DNA of 64,000 nt from a virus (IMGVR_UViG_3300031134_000001:128001-192000), one strand, 5' to 3'. Shown: positions 54,603 to 63,265, counted from the stretch's first letter. Translations and numbers: made by a program. Notes: generated by a model from the sequence alone, not told the origin.

Positions 54603-56288
54603 ATGTTTAACCAACGTTTCGGCTTTACCCGTCCAGGCACCCAGAACATCGCAACTACCTGGGTCAGATCTTTCAACAGTCTCATCGCAGGTCACTCAGA
54701 CCTGCCGGATGTGTTGGTGTTCGCCCACGACCACAACACTAAACCGGATGGCTCGCCGTTGACGTCGAACCCAACCGCACGACCTTTCATTCAAACCGTG
54801 GGTGTGGCTGTTGGCGCCAACGGCGAGTGGGGTTTGGCGATCTTTGCACCACACGGCATGCTGGAATCCGCGCCGCAGAGCGAACGCGTTGACTACATGA
54901 ACAGCAGCCCGTCAGTGATGTCAGCCATTTACAAGCTGGCGGCCGAACGTAATGTCGAAGCGACAGCGATCCACTTTAACAGTGTGCTTGTCGACACGGT
55001 CGGTCTCGATCCAAACGACCCTGAGGTAGTGCGTCGGCTGCTGTCGGCGCTGCTCAACCGCGCAGAGAGCAGTCTGGGTCGTGTTCTGGCTGAACGGGAA
55101 AAGGAAGCATTGCCAGGCATGATCGACTTCAATGAAGCTCGTGGTCGCGTTGTGCTCGAACAGAACGTAAGTTACGAAAATCCAGTGCTGCGTGATCTCC
55201 TCGGCAAGATCGTCCGTAACGACTACGTCTTTACCTTGACTGTCAAAGAACCACCACGCCGTGACAGCGTGGTCGAGCCGGTGATAACGACGTTACTCAA
55301 GGTCAGCGGCTACGTTGACTTTAAGCGTGCGCCAACCGAATCGAATCCAGGCCAGCCATGGAACATCCAACCTCTGCGCTACTTGCCAGAATTCATCATT
55401 ACCGATATCGACAACGGGAGCGGTGAAATGACGGCGATGCATGAACAGCAAGCCACCATGTTCGCTATTGCCATGGTGGCGCAATACATGCGTGCGGGTC
55501 GGTGGACGGAGCGCCACATGGCGCACCTGAAAACCCACAACGAGAAAGACTTGACGTTGTTGTTCGATACTCAGCAGCGCGAAGTATTCATCCGTGAAAA
55601 ACACCAGAACGGTTACGCCGCCATGGCAGACCTGGCCAGCAAAATCCTGTCTCCTGGCTTCCTGCTGTCGATTGATATCCCGCAAAATCCAACCGGCAAC
55701 ATGGAACTCAGGACACTTTTCGAAGTTGTGGTGCGCCACTCGACGTCGATCGTATCGATGTTCAATGATGTCGCAGCTAGCCTGGGTCGGGACGACTACT
55801 ACGGTCGTTATGCTAATCCTAACGACCTTGGTAACGCCTACTTGCCCTCGGTGATGGTGCCGATGGGTTCCATGGTTGTTGTCGAGAAAGCTGGTAAGTT
55901 CGAGTGTGATGTTCGTCAGATGGACACGCTGCGCGCTTTGCATGTTTGCGAAGAAGCAGTTAGTGCGGGCAGTAACCGCGTGAACATCCAGAAGATGGCA
56001 TCGAATTATCTGGACCTGTTCTATCTGCAACATACGTCCAACGCTCATCGTGGTCAGTCTGGTCCATCGACGTTCGGTCGCGGCGGCCACATGGCTTACG
56101 AGCACGCAGCCTTTCTGAAGCATGTGAGCATGACGCCGGAATACTACAATGTGGCGCATCGCACAACGTTCAATGGCCAGTTTGTCAACCTCGTGGTGAA
56201 CTTGTTGGGTTCCAGCGGTTTGGACATCCGAACAGACGACCAGACGAAGGCTTTGCTGACGGCTGACCATCAGGCGATCGTGCTGTAA
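54603..56288 (+). CDS. chimallin (ChmA, nuclear shell protein)-like protein, truncated at the C-terminus
   Basis: Ordered motifs match remembered ChmA: RLL..LLN, D..G..VR.D, V.G.VD..R.P, IITD, F.I, RW, SID, MG, D.R..D.L.AL, A.R.TFN..F, GL.I..D. Confidence 0.7.
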   Translation: MFNQRFGFTRPGTQNIATTWVRSFNSLIAGHSDLPDVLVFAHDHNTKPDGSPLTSNPTARPFIQTVGVAVGANGEWGLAIFAPHGMLESAPQSERVDYMNSSPSVMSAIYKLAAERNVEATAIHFNSVLVDTVGLDPNDPEVVRRLLSALLNRAESSLGRVLAEREKEALPGMIDFNEARGRVVLEQNVSYENPVLRDLLGKIVRNDYVFTLTVKEPPRRDSVVEPVITTLLKVSGYVDFKRAPTESNPGQPWNIQPLRYLPEFIITDIDNGSGEMTAMHEQQATMFAIAMVAQYMRAGRWTERHMAHLKTHNEKDLTLLFDTQQREVFIREKHQNGYAAMADLASKILSPGFLLSIDIPQNPTGNMELRTLFEVVVRHSTSIVSMFNDVAASLGRDDYYGRYANPNDLGNAYLPSVMVPMGSMVVVEKAGKFECDVRQMDTLRALHVCEEAVSAGSNRVNIQKMASNYLDLFYLQHTSNAHRGQSGPSTFGRGGHMAYEHAAFLKHVSMTPEYYNVAHRTTFNGQFVNLVVNLLGSSGLDIRTDDQTKALLTADHQAIVL

Positions 56289-56291
56289 TAC

Positions 56292-56330
56292 AAGAGAGCT
56301 AGGGGGTAACACCCCTAGCTCTCTTTTTTT
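56292..56330 (+). terminator. Rho-independent terminator
   Basis: aagagagctagggg/cccctagctctctt followed by a T run. Confidence 0.9.
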
Positions 56331-56387
56331 GTTTGTTGAGATGCTATGTTAGCCTAGTAGGCTGTGTATTCTCAACCAAGGACCATC

Positions 56388-56924
56388 ATGACCGCTGCCA
56401 GTATCCCGCTTTCGTTAAACAACATCTCGCAAGAGAAAATGCTGCACCTGAAAAAGCATCCTCGCTTGCTCGAAGCGTTGGATCAGTGGGTGCTATTCGC
56501 TGATCGCCGGTTGATCCCGGAAATGCGGGAACTCGGCCAGATCGTCAACAAACTCTACGACTTCCCAAAAGAACTCCGGCTGTATCGTGGCTTTCGTTTG
56601 GGGAGTTTCCAGGACAATCTAGGCGTTGATGGAAATTCCCATATCGGCCAAATCTCGACGTACCAGACCGATGAGTGCTCACTCTCGTTTAGTACCAACG
56701 AACAAATCGCCCAAGCGTTTGGTAACGTGGTTGTCTCGACCACCATCCAAACACAAAGGTCGGAGTTCTTATACATCACCGACGAACTGGTTGTACTGAT
56801 TCACGAAGCGCGTAACTTAAAGCAATTCATGAATCAGTGCGAAGTCATTCTCTTACCGCCAATGACCATCACGCTTAAAGTGCAACAATTTGAAAAGGGC
56901 TTTACAGCGTCGATGCGTTGGTAA
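56388..56924 (+). CDS. putative ADP-ribosyltransferase (R-S-E class)
   Basis: LYRG, SFST and QCEVILLP in the canonical order. ATG 56388 has SD aagga. Confidence 0.7.
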   Translation: MTAASIPLSLNNISQEKMLHLKKHPRLLEALDQWVLFADRRLIPEMRELGQIVNKLYDFPKELRLYRGFRLGSFQDNLGVDGNSHIGQISTYQTDECSLSFSTNEQIAQAFGNVVVSTTIQTQRSEFLYITDELVVLIHEARNLKQFMNQCEVILLPPMTITLKVQQFEKGFTASMRW

Positions 56925-56933
56925 AGGAACATT

Positions 56934-57170
56934 ATGAACACAACACCCGCTTCTGAATTCGATATTAAAACTGATCGAATGATGAAACCTAAAAAGATTC
57001 TGGACATGCTCGCTGCCGTTGGTGTGTCGGTTTCTCGCGCAACGTTCGAGCGCTGGATCAAGACCAAGTATTTCCCAGCACCTTCGCTGCATGTGGGACG
57101 CACCCGCCGCTGGACCGAGGCTTCTGTCAGAGCTTGGCTTGAACAATGCGTCAAGGACGCGAAAGGATAA
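56934..57170 (+). CDS. AlpA/excisionase-like winged-helix protein
   Basis: VSRATFERWIK...FPAP...GRTRRW....VRAWL. Confidence 0.75.
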   Translation: MNTTPASEFDIKTDRMMKPKKILDMLAAVGVSVSRATFERWIKTKYFPAPSLHVGRTRRWTEASVRAWLEQCVKDAKG

Positions 57171-57174
57171 CAAC

Positions 57175-57594
57175 ATGTACGGCGTAAGAATCAACTACAA
57201 CGACGACAAGCCCGACGCTGTCCAATACCTCAACTACGATGCCCATCAAGCGTGGGATACCGGACATTATCTATCGCCCGGTTTACTTGAGCCAGATGTT
57301 TACGGTTCGCCAGAAGTTGCCCAATTCGTTATTAAGTCGTTGATCACATTCCTTCTTGACGGGATGACCGACGTAGTGCGTAACGAGGAAACTGAGTTTA
57401 CGCACCGGCGTGATGACTGGTTGTCCGTATTAATCGACATCCAGCAACGGCATTCGACGGATGAAATTAGCCCAGCCGGTTATATCCATCGCGCCGACCG
57501 CCTACCGTTCTACCAGAAGATGACATTTGACGTGGTGGTCTACGCTGCGACAACGTACGAATCGCATTGCATGCCTAGTCTTGTTTCCCCTTAG
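57175..57594 (+). CDS. hypothetical protein (139 aa)
   Basis: SD aaagga. Confidence 0.6.
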   Translation: MYGVRINYNDDKPDAVQYLNYDAHQAWDTGHYLSPGLLEPDVYGSPEVAQFVIKSLITFLLDGMTDVVRNEETEFTHRRDDWLSVLIDIQQRHSTDEISPAGYIHRADRLPFYQKMTFDVVVYAATTYESHCMPSLVSP

Positions 57595-57692
57595 CAACAA
57601 GTTAACACGGTAGGCCGATAGTATGGCAGTGGGATAAACTCAGAAGAAGAAGCACTATACTGCGCAAGCTTTTAACACGCGGCATATACCTC

Positions 57693-57717
57693 CTCCCTAC
57701 GCTAAAAGCGTAGGGAG
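57693..57717 (+). terminator. intergenic hairpin
   Basis: ctccctacgct-aaa-agcgtagggag. Confidence 0.6.
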
Positions 57718-57755
57718 AGAGTGTGTATTATTTATTTTTTTTTTAAGGAGTTTAT

Positions 57756-58697
57756 GTGACAACTGTTCTTAACATCACGAAAGACGATGACCGGCTTAGC
57801 CATGCATTACTGGGCAATATGCGCGTGGCATTTGACGCAGCTTTGCCTGAAGGTTTTATCGTCAGCTTTTATACCGACACCGCCGAGACGTTTAGCGTTA
57901 GTAGTAACTTCGCTCGGTTCCAAAACGTGTCGGGCTTTCTGTCTAGCCAGATCGTTGTGGGCGGCACACCTGGTCGACTCTTCCAGTTCGTCTACAAATT
58001 AGACCGCAAAGTCTTTATCCTCAACGTCAGTGAAGGTGGCGGTCCTACCAGTGAAGGTCCTAAAGGCGAAGGCACAGTAGGCGGGGCTACCGACGTGAAC
58101 TTAACGACCATCGGTCGCACTAACCACAATGACTTGGTGGCAGTGAAAGATGCCACGACCGCAGTGGGTACAAAGATCCCGAATGTGGGTAAGAAAGCCG
58201 CTAGCGGTTCTTTACCAGTAGTACTGGCCACAGACACAACCCTGCCGCTGCCTATCGGCGCAGCGACCGAAGATACACTGGCCGCGCTGAAGTTAGAGCA
58301 TCACGATGATCTGGTAGCGTTGCTAGCCGCGCTGAACCTTACGCATGCGGACCTGGCTCACTTAACAGAGGTCCAGCAAGCGGGGGTGCAGGCACTGCTG
58401 AACAAATCCGTTACGTTGCCCACCGGCGCAGCCGAGACCAACCGTAGCGGTACCGTGGCTGCGGCTAACACTGCGCAAACCATTATGGCTGCAAACCCAG
58501 CACGTAAGTATTTCGAACTCCAGAATCTGGATGCCAGCGTAACGCTGTGGTTCCGTAAAGACGGCGGCGCAGCTGTAGCCGGCGCACCAGGCACGCTATC
58601 GCTCGCACCGGGCGCTTTCTATAGCGGTCAAGCCGTGGGCGCTGTCAGTATCATCAGCTCGTTGGTCAACCATCCCTTCACCGCAGTAGAAGCTTAA
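57756..58697 (+). CDS. tail/fibre-associated protein with the shared N-terminal module (313 aa)
   Basis: GTG start with SD aaggag. N-terminus homologous to 13816 and 15622; LPLP.GAATE motif; C-terminal beta-sandwich-like region. Confidence 0.7.
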   Translation: MTTVLNITKDDDRLSHALLGNMRVAFDAALPEGFIVSFYTDTAETFSVSSNFARFQNVSGFLSSQIVVGGTPGRLFQFVYKLDRKVFILNVSEGGGPTSEGPKGEGTVGGATDVNLTTIGRTNHNDLVAVKDATTAVGTKIPNVGKKAASGSLPVVLATDTTLPLPIGAATEDTLAALKLEHHDDLVALLAALNLTHADLAHLTEVQQAGVQALLNKSVTLPTGAAETNRSGTVAAANTAQTIMAANPARKYFELQNLDASVTLWFRKDGGAAVAGAPGTLSLAPGAFYSGQAVGAVSIISSLVNHPFTAVEA

Positions 58698-58709
58698 TCG
58701 AGGACAATT

Positions 58710-59588
58710 ATGGGCAGCATGACAAATTCGCCAAGGTCGGGCATTCAACTTCGTACCTGGGCAGAACGACCTAACAATCCCAAGATCGGCGATCGGTTCC
58801 AGGTTAACGATGCAGGTAAACGCATCATGGAATGGAACGGCACGCTGTGGGTGCCTGCTAACGGTCAACCATGGCGTCAAGCAGCAATGCCCGTCGGAGC
58901 TTGTTCCGCAGGATCGTTTACCAACACCACGGGCTCATTTACACTCATTACGCCGTTTCATTACGTCTATAGCGTAGAAGCCACGGGCGGCATCTATCTG
59001 TATTTCCCAGCTGGCGTTATTGCCCCTGGTTCACCTGCTGGCGTGTATTACTGCATTATGAGTAGCACTACAGAAGGCGTCGTGTACAACAACTTGTATA
59101 CGGGTGATGAGGCAGTAAAACCAACCGTATTAGTGCCGATGACTTCGTTTGTTGCCAATTGGACGCAAACCGGCAATGAGATTACTTTGCGCACTACGCC
59201 GATCTATGGAAAGATGTTGGGCCCTCATGGGCGTATCAAGATTTCCAAAGCGTGGACAATGAACACAACCAGTGCCAACAAATTCCAATACATGCGTTTA
59301 GGTAACGCGTTGATGTCGCAAGTGGGTTATGGTAGCCAAGCCGCTGGACGTGCTGAATACCTTATCCAAAACACCGGCACACCCCAAAACCAATTCGTGT
59401 TTAACGTAACTAATGGCATCTCGGTTGGTCCTTCGCAAGTTAACAGTGTCGCGGCATTCACCAACGCTAATACCGAAGTGGACTTACTGCTTACTTCTTC
59501 AGTGGTGTTGAGCTGGAATGCGTCGCTAGGCAAAGTCAATGATTGGATAGTCGATCATGGACAAACCGTGGAGATTTATCAGGGATGA
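58710..59588 (+). CDS. probable fibre/virion protein (292 aa)
   Basis: SD gagga. Beta-rich; short W-rich N-terminal motif MEWNGTLWVP. Confidence 0.6.
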   Translation: MGSMTNSPRSGIQLRTWAERPNNPKIGDRFQVNDAGKRIMEWNGTLWVPANGQPWRQAAMPVGACSAGSFTNTTGSFTLITPFHYVYSVEATGGIYLYFPAGVIAPGSPAGVYYCIMSSTTEGVVYNNLYTGDEAVKPTVLVPMTSFVANWTQTGNEITLRTTPIYGKMLGPHGRIKISKAWTMNTTSANKFQYMRLGNALMSQVGYGSQAAGRAEYLIQNTGTPQNQFVFNVTNGISVGPSQVNSVAAFTNANTEVDLLLTSSVVLSWNASLGKVNDWIVDHGQTVEIYQG

Positions 59589-59995
59589 TTCACGAATTCA
59601 CTGTTGATCAACAGGATTTGGTTGACGCTATAACAGAGCCTAAACACGTCTGGTACGACCTCGGACGCATTGTGGTGTTTACCGGCTCGGATATGCCCAT
59701 TGTTGTGAATCCTTCTTTGGCGATTGACGAAGAGCGTGAGCGTCGCCTGAATGCTGGTCTTCTATGGAACGGTGTGCGTTGGTATACGGACGCAAGCTTT
59801 CGCACTGAACTGACCTCGATGGTATTGTCGTTTAGTGCCGGCATCTTACCGCCAAATGGCACAGTCAATGTGCGCACCATGGATAAGACCGTGGTAAAGC
59901 TCGGTGAGAACGAATTGAAAATACTGGCCGGGAATGTGCTGGGCTATGTTCAAAGTGTGTATACGTGGTCCTGGGAAGAGAAAGACAAGCTGTAA
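59585..59995 (+). CDS. DUF4376-like fibre chaperone (136 aa)
   Basis: IDEERERRLNAG..WNG...TD...RT.D...V.L; ATGA coupling. Confidence 0.65.
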   Translation: MIHEFTVDQQDLVDAITEPKHVWYDLGRIVVFTGSDMPIVVNPSLAIDEERERRLNAGLLWNGVRWYTDASFRTELTSMVLSFSAGILPPNGTVNVRTMDKTVVKLGENELKILAGNVLGYVQSVYTWSWEEKDKL

Positions 59996-60044
59996 GCACG
60001 ACACCACATTCACGCAGTATCCACTAAATAGTTAGGAAAGCACC

Positions 60045-62042
60045 ATGAGCCACAATGTTACAAGAAACGCCCTGGGTAACGTAACGAGTATTCTTGGCCC
60101 CGACGGTAAACTGTTACGGTTTGCCAACAGTACGCCCACCGACCAAGTGATGGCTGACCAAGCCGTCAAAGACACTGGCGGCTTTCCGCTGTTTGACATC
60201 GGCGAGACACTGAGCTACAAGGGACTCTTCCCGCTGCGCAAGGTCGATAACGGCGCGTCGTCGCGGTATGTGTTGGGCGCAGCCACAATTCCAGCTGTTC
60301 CCAACTCACCGAACATGACCAACCCAGAAAGCTACGGTTGGCAGACGCTGGGTAAGCTCACCATTCCTGGTGGCGCCCTGGTCGGTAAAGGGACGGCAGT
60401 GTGTAGCTTCATTCTGGAATGCTTAGCGCAGTTCGGCACCAACGCTCACTACATCTTTGCGGATATCGAAGTGGCGGGTGACGGCGCGGTGGGTAACTTC
60501 TTTACCCGTCCAGTTGCTAGTGCAACGCGCCTCGATACGTCGTTCACGTTAACCGGCAAAGATTCTTCGACTCTTACCCTGTCAGGCGGCGGCTGGTACT
60601 CCTACACCGGCGGCTTCTCGAAGCGTTGCAACCTGATGAAAGACATCACGATCGTCTTCAAGTTCGCAGCAGCGAGCAACATGGGTCGCGCAGTGTCGTT
60701 TGTCTCAGGTAAGGGCGACCTTAAAGACACAGTCGCTTCGCCACAAGCAGGCGTTGCTTACCGTGATCCAATCCAACAGCCGTTTAAAGCCAGCGCGTTC
60801 TGGAACGTTCCGCTGGGTGATGGCGCGATCTTCCAACAAGCGACCGATCCAGAAACCGCATGTATTCTGACAGGTAACCCAGGCGGTGTGGCCAACGGCG
60901 CGTTTGCCTGGATCAGCGGTAAAGATGGCGGCGGTAATAACTTCATCCAGCTCAAGTCGGATGACCCCATCAGTAACTTCGCTTACGGTTCGCGCGCTTA
61001 CGGTGGTCCATGGCCATTTGCGCACACGGACACAGGCGGCGCCTCCGGTACGTTCCGTATGCGGGCGCCAGCGCAGGAATTCATCACAGCGCAGTCCAGT
61101 GACCGGGTCATCACCCTCATCACGCCAGACAAGCGCTACATGCTGGAATCGGGCGAGTACAGCTACAACGCCACCACCAACACGCACCGGCTCGGTTACT
61201 GCACGATCTGGGATTTGTACGGCACGGGTCTGTCGAACAACATCACCACCAACCAACCACTCATGAGTGAAGGTTACCGCGCCAGTGGTCACCCGCTGTG
61301 TGGCGGTATTATCCGTGTCTCGGACATGGAAAAGGGCAGCATCGATCACGTGATTGCCATGCAGCTCTCCCAGTGGCAACAACGCGCTGGTGTGTTCTCG
61401 GTGGTAAGTGCTGTCGTGGGTGGTACGGCTGTTTCTGTCAAACCACTGGACGCGCAGCAAAAGACCCAGAGCTACGCTTCGCTGCTCAAGGCCGGTAAAG
61501 TGATCGGTTACGCTGGTGCTAACTATACGCTGGCTACTGATGCCACGTACGATGCAACCAACAACACCACCAACTTCACCGTCACCACAGCAATTACCGG
61601 CAGTTCGGGAACGCTGTACTTGGGTGGTGCTAACAAGAACAACCAGCAAGCCAATCAGTTAGTCTGGCCTGCCACGTACGTCGACAACTATAGCCTGGAC
61701 CATGGCCAGTGGGGTTGCTATCGTGGTCTGGTGCCATTAGGCGCGATGTTTGGCATTCCACCTAACGTGGACGTCACGACGCTGGGCTTGACGCCTGAAG
61801 GCTTGATGTTGGCCCGTGCTTTCCAAAAGTACGGCGGTGTGAATAACGACACCACCAACAACACGTTCTCGATCTGCTTCCTGGAAACAGGCATGAGCGC
61901 TACCCAGAAAGACAATCTGAACAAGGACCGTATCTTACTGCGTAACCAACTGCGCATGATCACGAACATCAGTGCAGCCAATCCGGGCGGGCCAGGTAAT
62001 CGCCTGATCACACCGCCGCAAGATCTGTACCCGTTCTATTGA
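60045..62042 (+). CDS. tailspike/fibre-like protein with a bacterial secreted-type C-terminal domain (665 aa)
   Basis: PF..SAFWN.PL, RASG.PL.GG.IR..D...G.I.H, P.G....IPP..D...LGLT..G...ARA.QKYG. Confidence 0.6.
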   Translation: MSHNVTRNALGNVTSILGPDGKLLRFANSTPTDQVMADQAVKDTGGFPLFDIGETLSYKGLFPLRKVDNGASSRYVLGAATIPAVPNSPNMTNPESYGWQTLGKLTIPGGALVGKGTAVCSFILECLAQFGTNAHYIFADIEVAGDGAVGNFFTRPVASATRLDTSFTLTGKDSSTLTLSGGGWYSYTGGFSKRCNLMKDITIVFKFAAASNMGRAVSFVSGKGDLKDTVASPQAGVAYRDPIQQPFKASAFWNVPLGDGAIFQQATDPETACILTGNPGGVANGAFAWISGKDGGGNNFIQLKSDDPISNFAYGSRAYGGPWPFAHTDTGGASGTFRMRAPAQEFITAQSSDRVITLITPDKRYMLESGEYSYNATTNTHRLGYCTIWDLYGTGLSNNITTNQPLMSEGYRASGHPLCGGIIRVSDMEKGSIDHVIAMQLSQWQQRAGVFSVVSAVVGGTAVSVKPLDAQQKTQSYASLLKAGKVIGYAGANYTLATDATYDATNNTTNFTVTTAITGSSGTLYLGGANKNNQQANQLVWPATYVDNYSLDHGQWGCYRGLVPLGAMFGIPPNVDVTTLGLTPEGLMLARAFQKYGGVNNDTTNNTFSICFLETGMSATQKDNLNKDRILLRNQLRMITNISAANPGGPGNRLITPPQDLYPFY

Positions 62043-62099
62043 TTACAAAAAGCTAATGTTGATCTCCAGTAATAATTTACAGGGGATTAGGATAGTGTG

Positions 62100-62720
62100 C
62101 GAGAAAAGATGTTTTTCGGCGATAAGCCATGGTTAGATCCTTCGATGGATCGCACTGGACTAATGAAAGCGCTTTGAAAACTGTCTGCTCTGGGAGATCT
62201 TTGATAATTTAGATAAATCTGTTGGTAGGTGTGATAGAACCACACGAGACAACCAACTAGGAGGAGCAGTAACCTTCTGAAAAACCTTCAATGGTTAGTC
62301 GGCCTGCACTTAGCGACGATCGCTATTTGCCTGCATAGGTCGGTTAACAAGTTGTGCTCTTTACATCGGACGTATGGGCCGATGAAGATGGGTTAGTAGG
62401 CTCGCCTGCACTTCGGTGTGGCCGCCCAACGCCCTAGAGCACCGATATTCGTGATGCGTCCCTCAGGGCAGGTGTTATACTCCGGCCACCGACGCGTATT
62501 GGTACCTTTGAATAGCAATGTGCAACAGCCGAATCGGAACGTTTGCATGTTGCCCAGGTCCCACGAATGCTCGTGCACAGCCGGAAGGTGATTGGGTTGA
62601 TCTTCCCCCAGCCCAGTCATGCTTTTGGATGTGTACCGCCAATTCACATCAAATCGATCAAGTGTTGTGTTATGTATCCTGGAGTATTCAGTCAAACGTT
62701 GCTCCAGGCATGCATGTAGT
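62100..62720 (+). ncRNA. putative structured non-coding region
   Basis: No credible + strand ORF. Multiple stems, e.g. 62294-305/62337-348, 62221-226/62252-257 and 62678-684/62702-708. Confidence 0.4.
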
Positions 62721-62729
62721 ACAAGTTTC

Positions 62730-62815
62730 GGGCGGATAGGCAAGCGGTCAAAGCCAGCTGACTGTAAATCAGCCCCCTCTGTGGTTCGTAGGTTCAAATC
62801 CTTCTCCGCCCACCA
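62730..62815 (+). tRNA. tRNA-Tyr (GUA)
   Basis: GGGCGGA/TCCGCCC acceptor, anticodon GTA at 62764-66, long variable arm, encoded CCA. Confidence 0.95.
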
Positions 62816-62820
62816 AGTTA

Positions 62821-62934
62821 GGAAACGCATGAGCGACCTCTAGAAGGGGCGCAGTGAATCAAACCCTGAGAAGGGTAGCCGAGCGGAAAGTAACATCTAG
62901 GCGATGGTAAGGTGAAATCTGCTCATGTGTTTCC
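62821..62934 (+). ncRNA. 114-nt multi-hairpin RNA closed by a 14-bp stem
   Basis: ggaaacgcatgagc/gctcatgtgtttcc; internal accct-gaga-agggt GNRA hairpin. Confidence 0.55.
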
Positions 62935-62953
62935 CTCTGTTTCAAGTTTCACC

Positions 62954-63083
62954 GGGTATGTAGCTCAGTTGGTAGAGCAAGGCTCTTCGTGGGAATGCGC
63001 ACCCCCACACCGGCTTAATAGCCGGCGCCGAAAGGCAGCGACCAAAGCCTAGGTCCTGGGTTCGAGTCCCGGCATATCCACCA
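62954..63083 (+). ncRNA. tRNA-like RNA with Ala identity and a 61-nt structured anticodon loop
   Basis: Canonical acceptor, D and T arms and CCA; G3.U70 and A73; stem AGGCT/AGCCT encloses three hairpins. Confidence 0.8.
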
Positions 63084-63265
63084 AACACAGTAGTAAGAAA
63101 GAGCACAAACCCAACTTACGGCTTCACCACATTCGATGTGGATCTCTCGTAACATCCTCCCGTGCCGAGTCGGCTCTTGAAGTCGGCGGGATATGAGGTG
63201 CCCGACGCGTTCGGAGTGTTGGAACTCCCCTTGCCTGAAAAGGCGTTTAGTAGCAAAGTTTCAAT

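Noticed and set aside
56934-57170. Prophage or integrative element implied by the AlpA-like gene
   Set aside because: No integrase, att-like repeats or host genes. The context is uniformly jumbo-phage.
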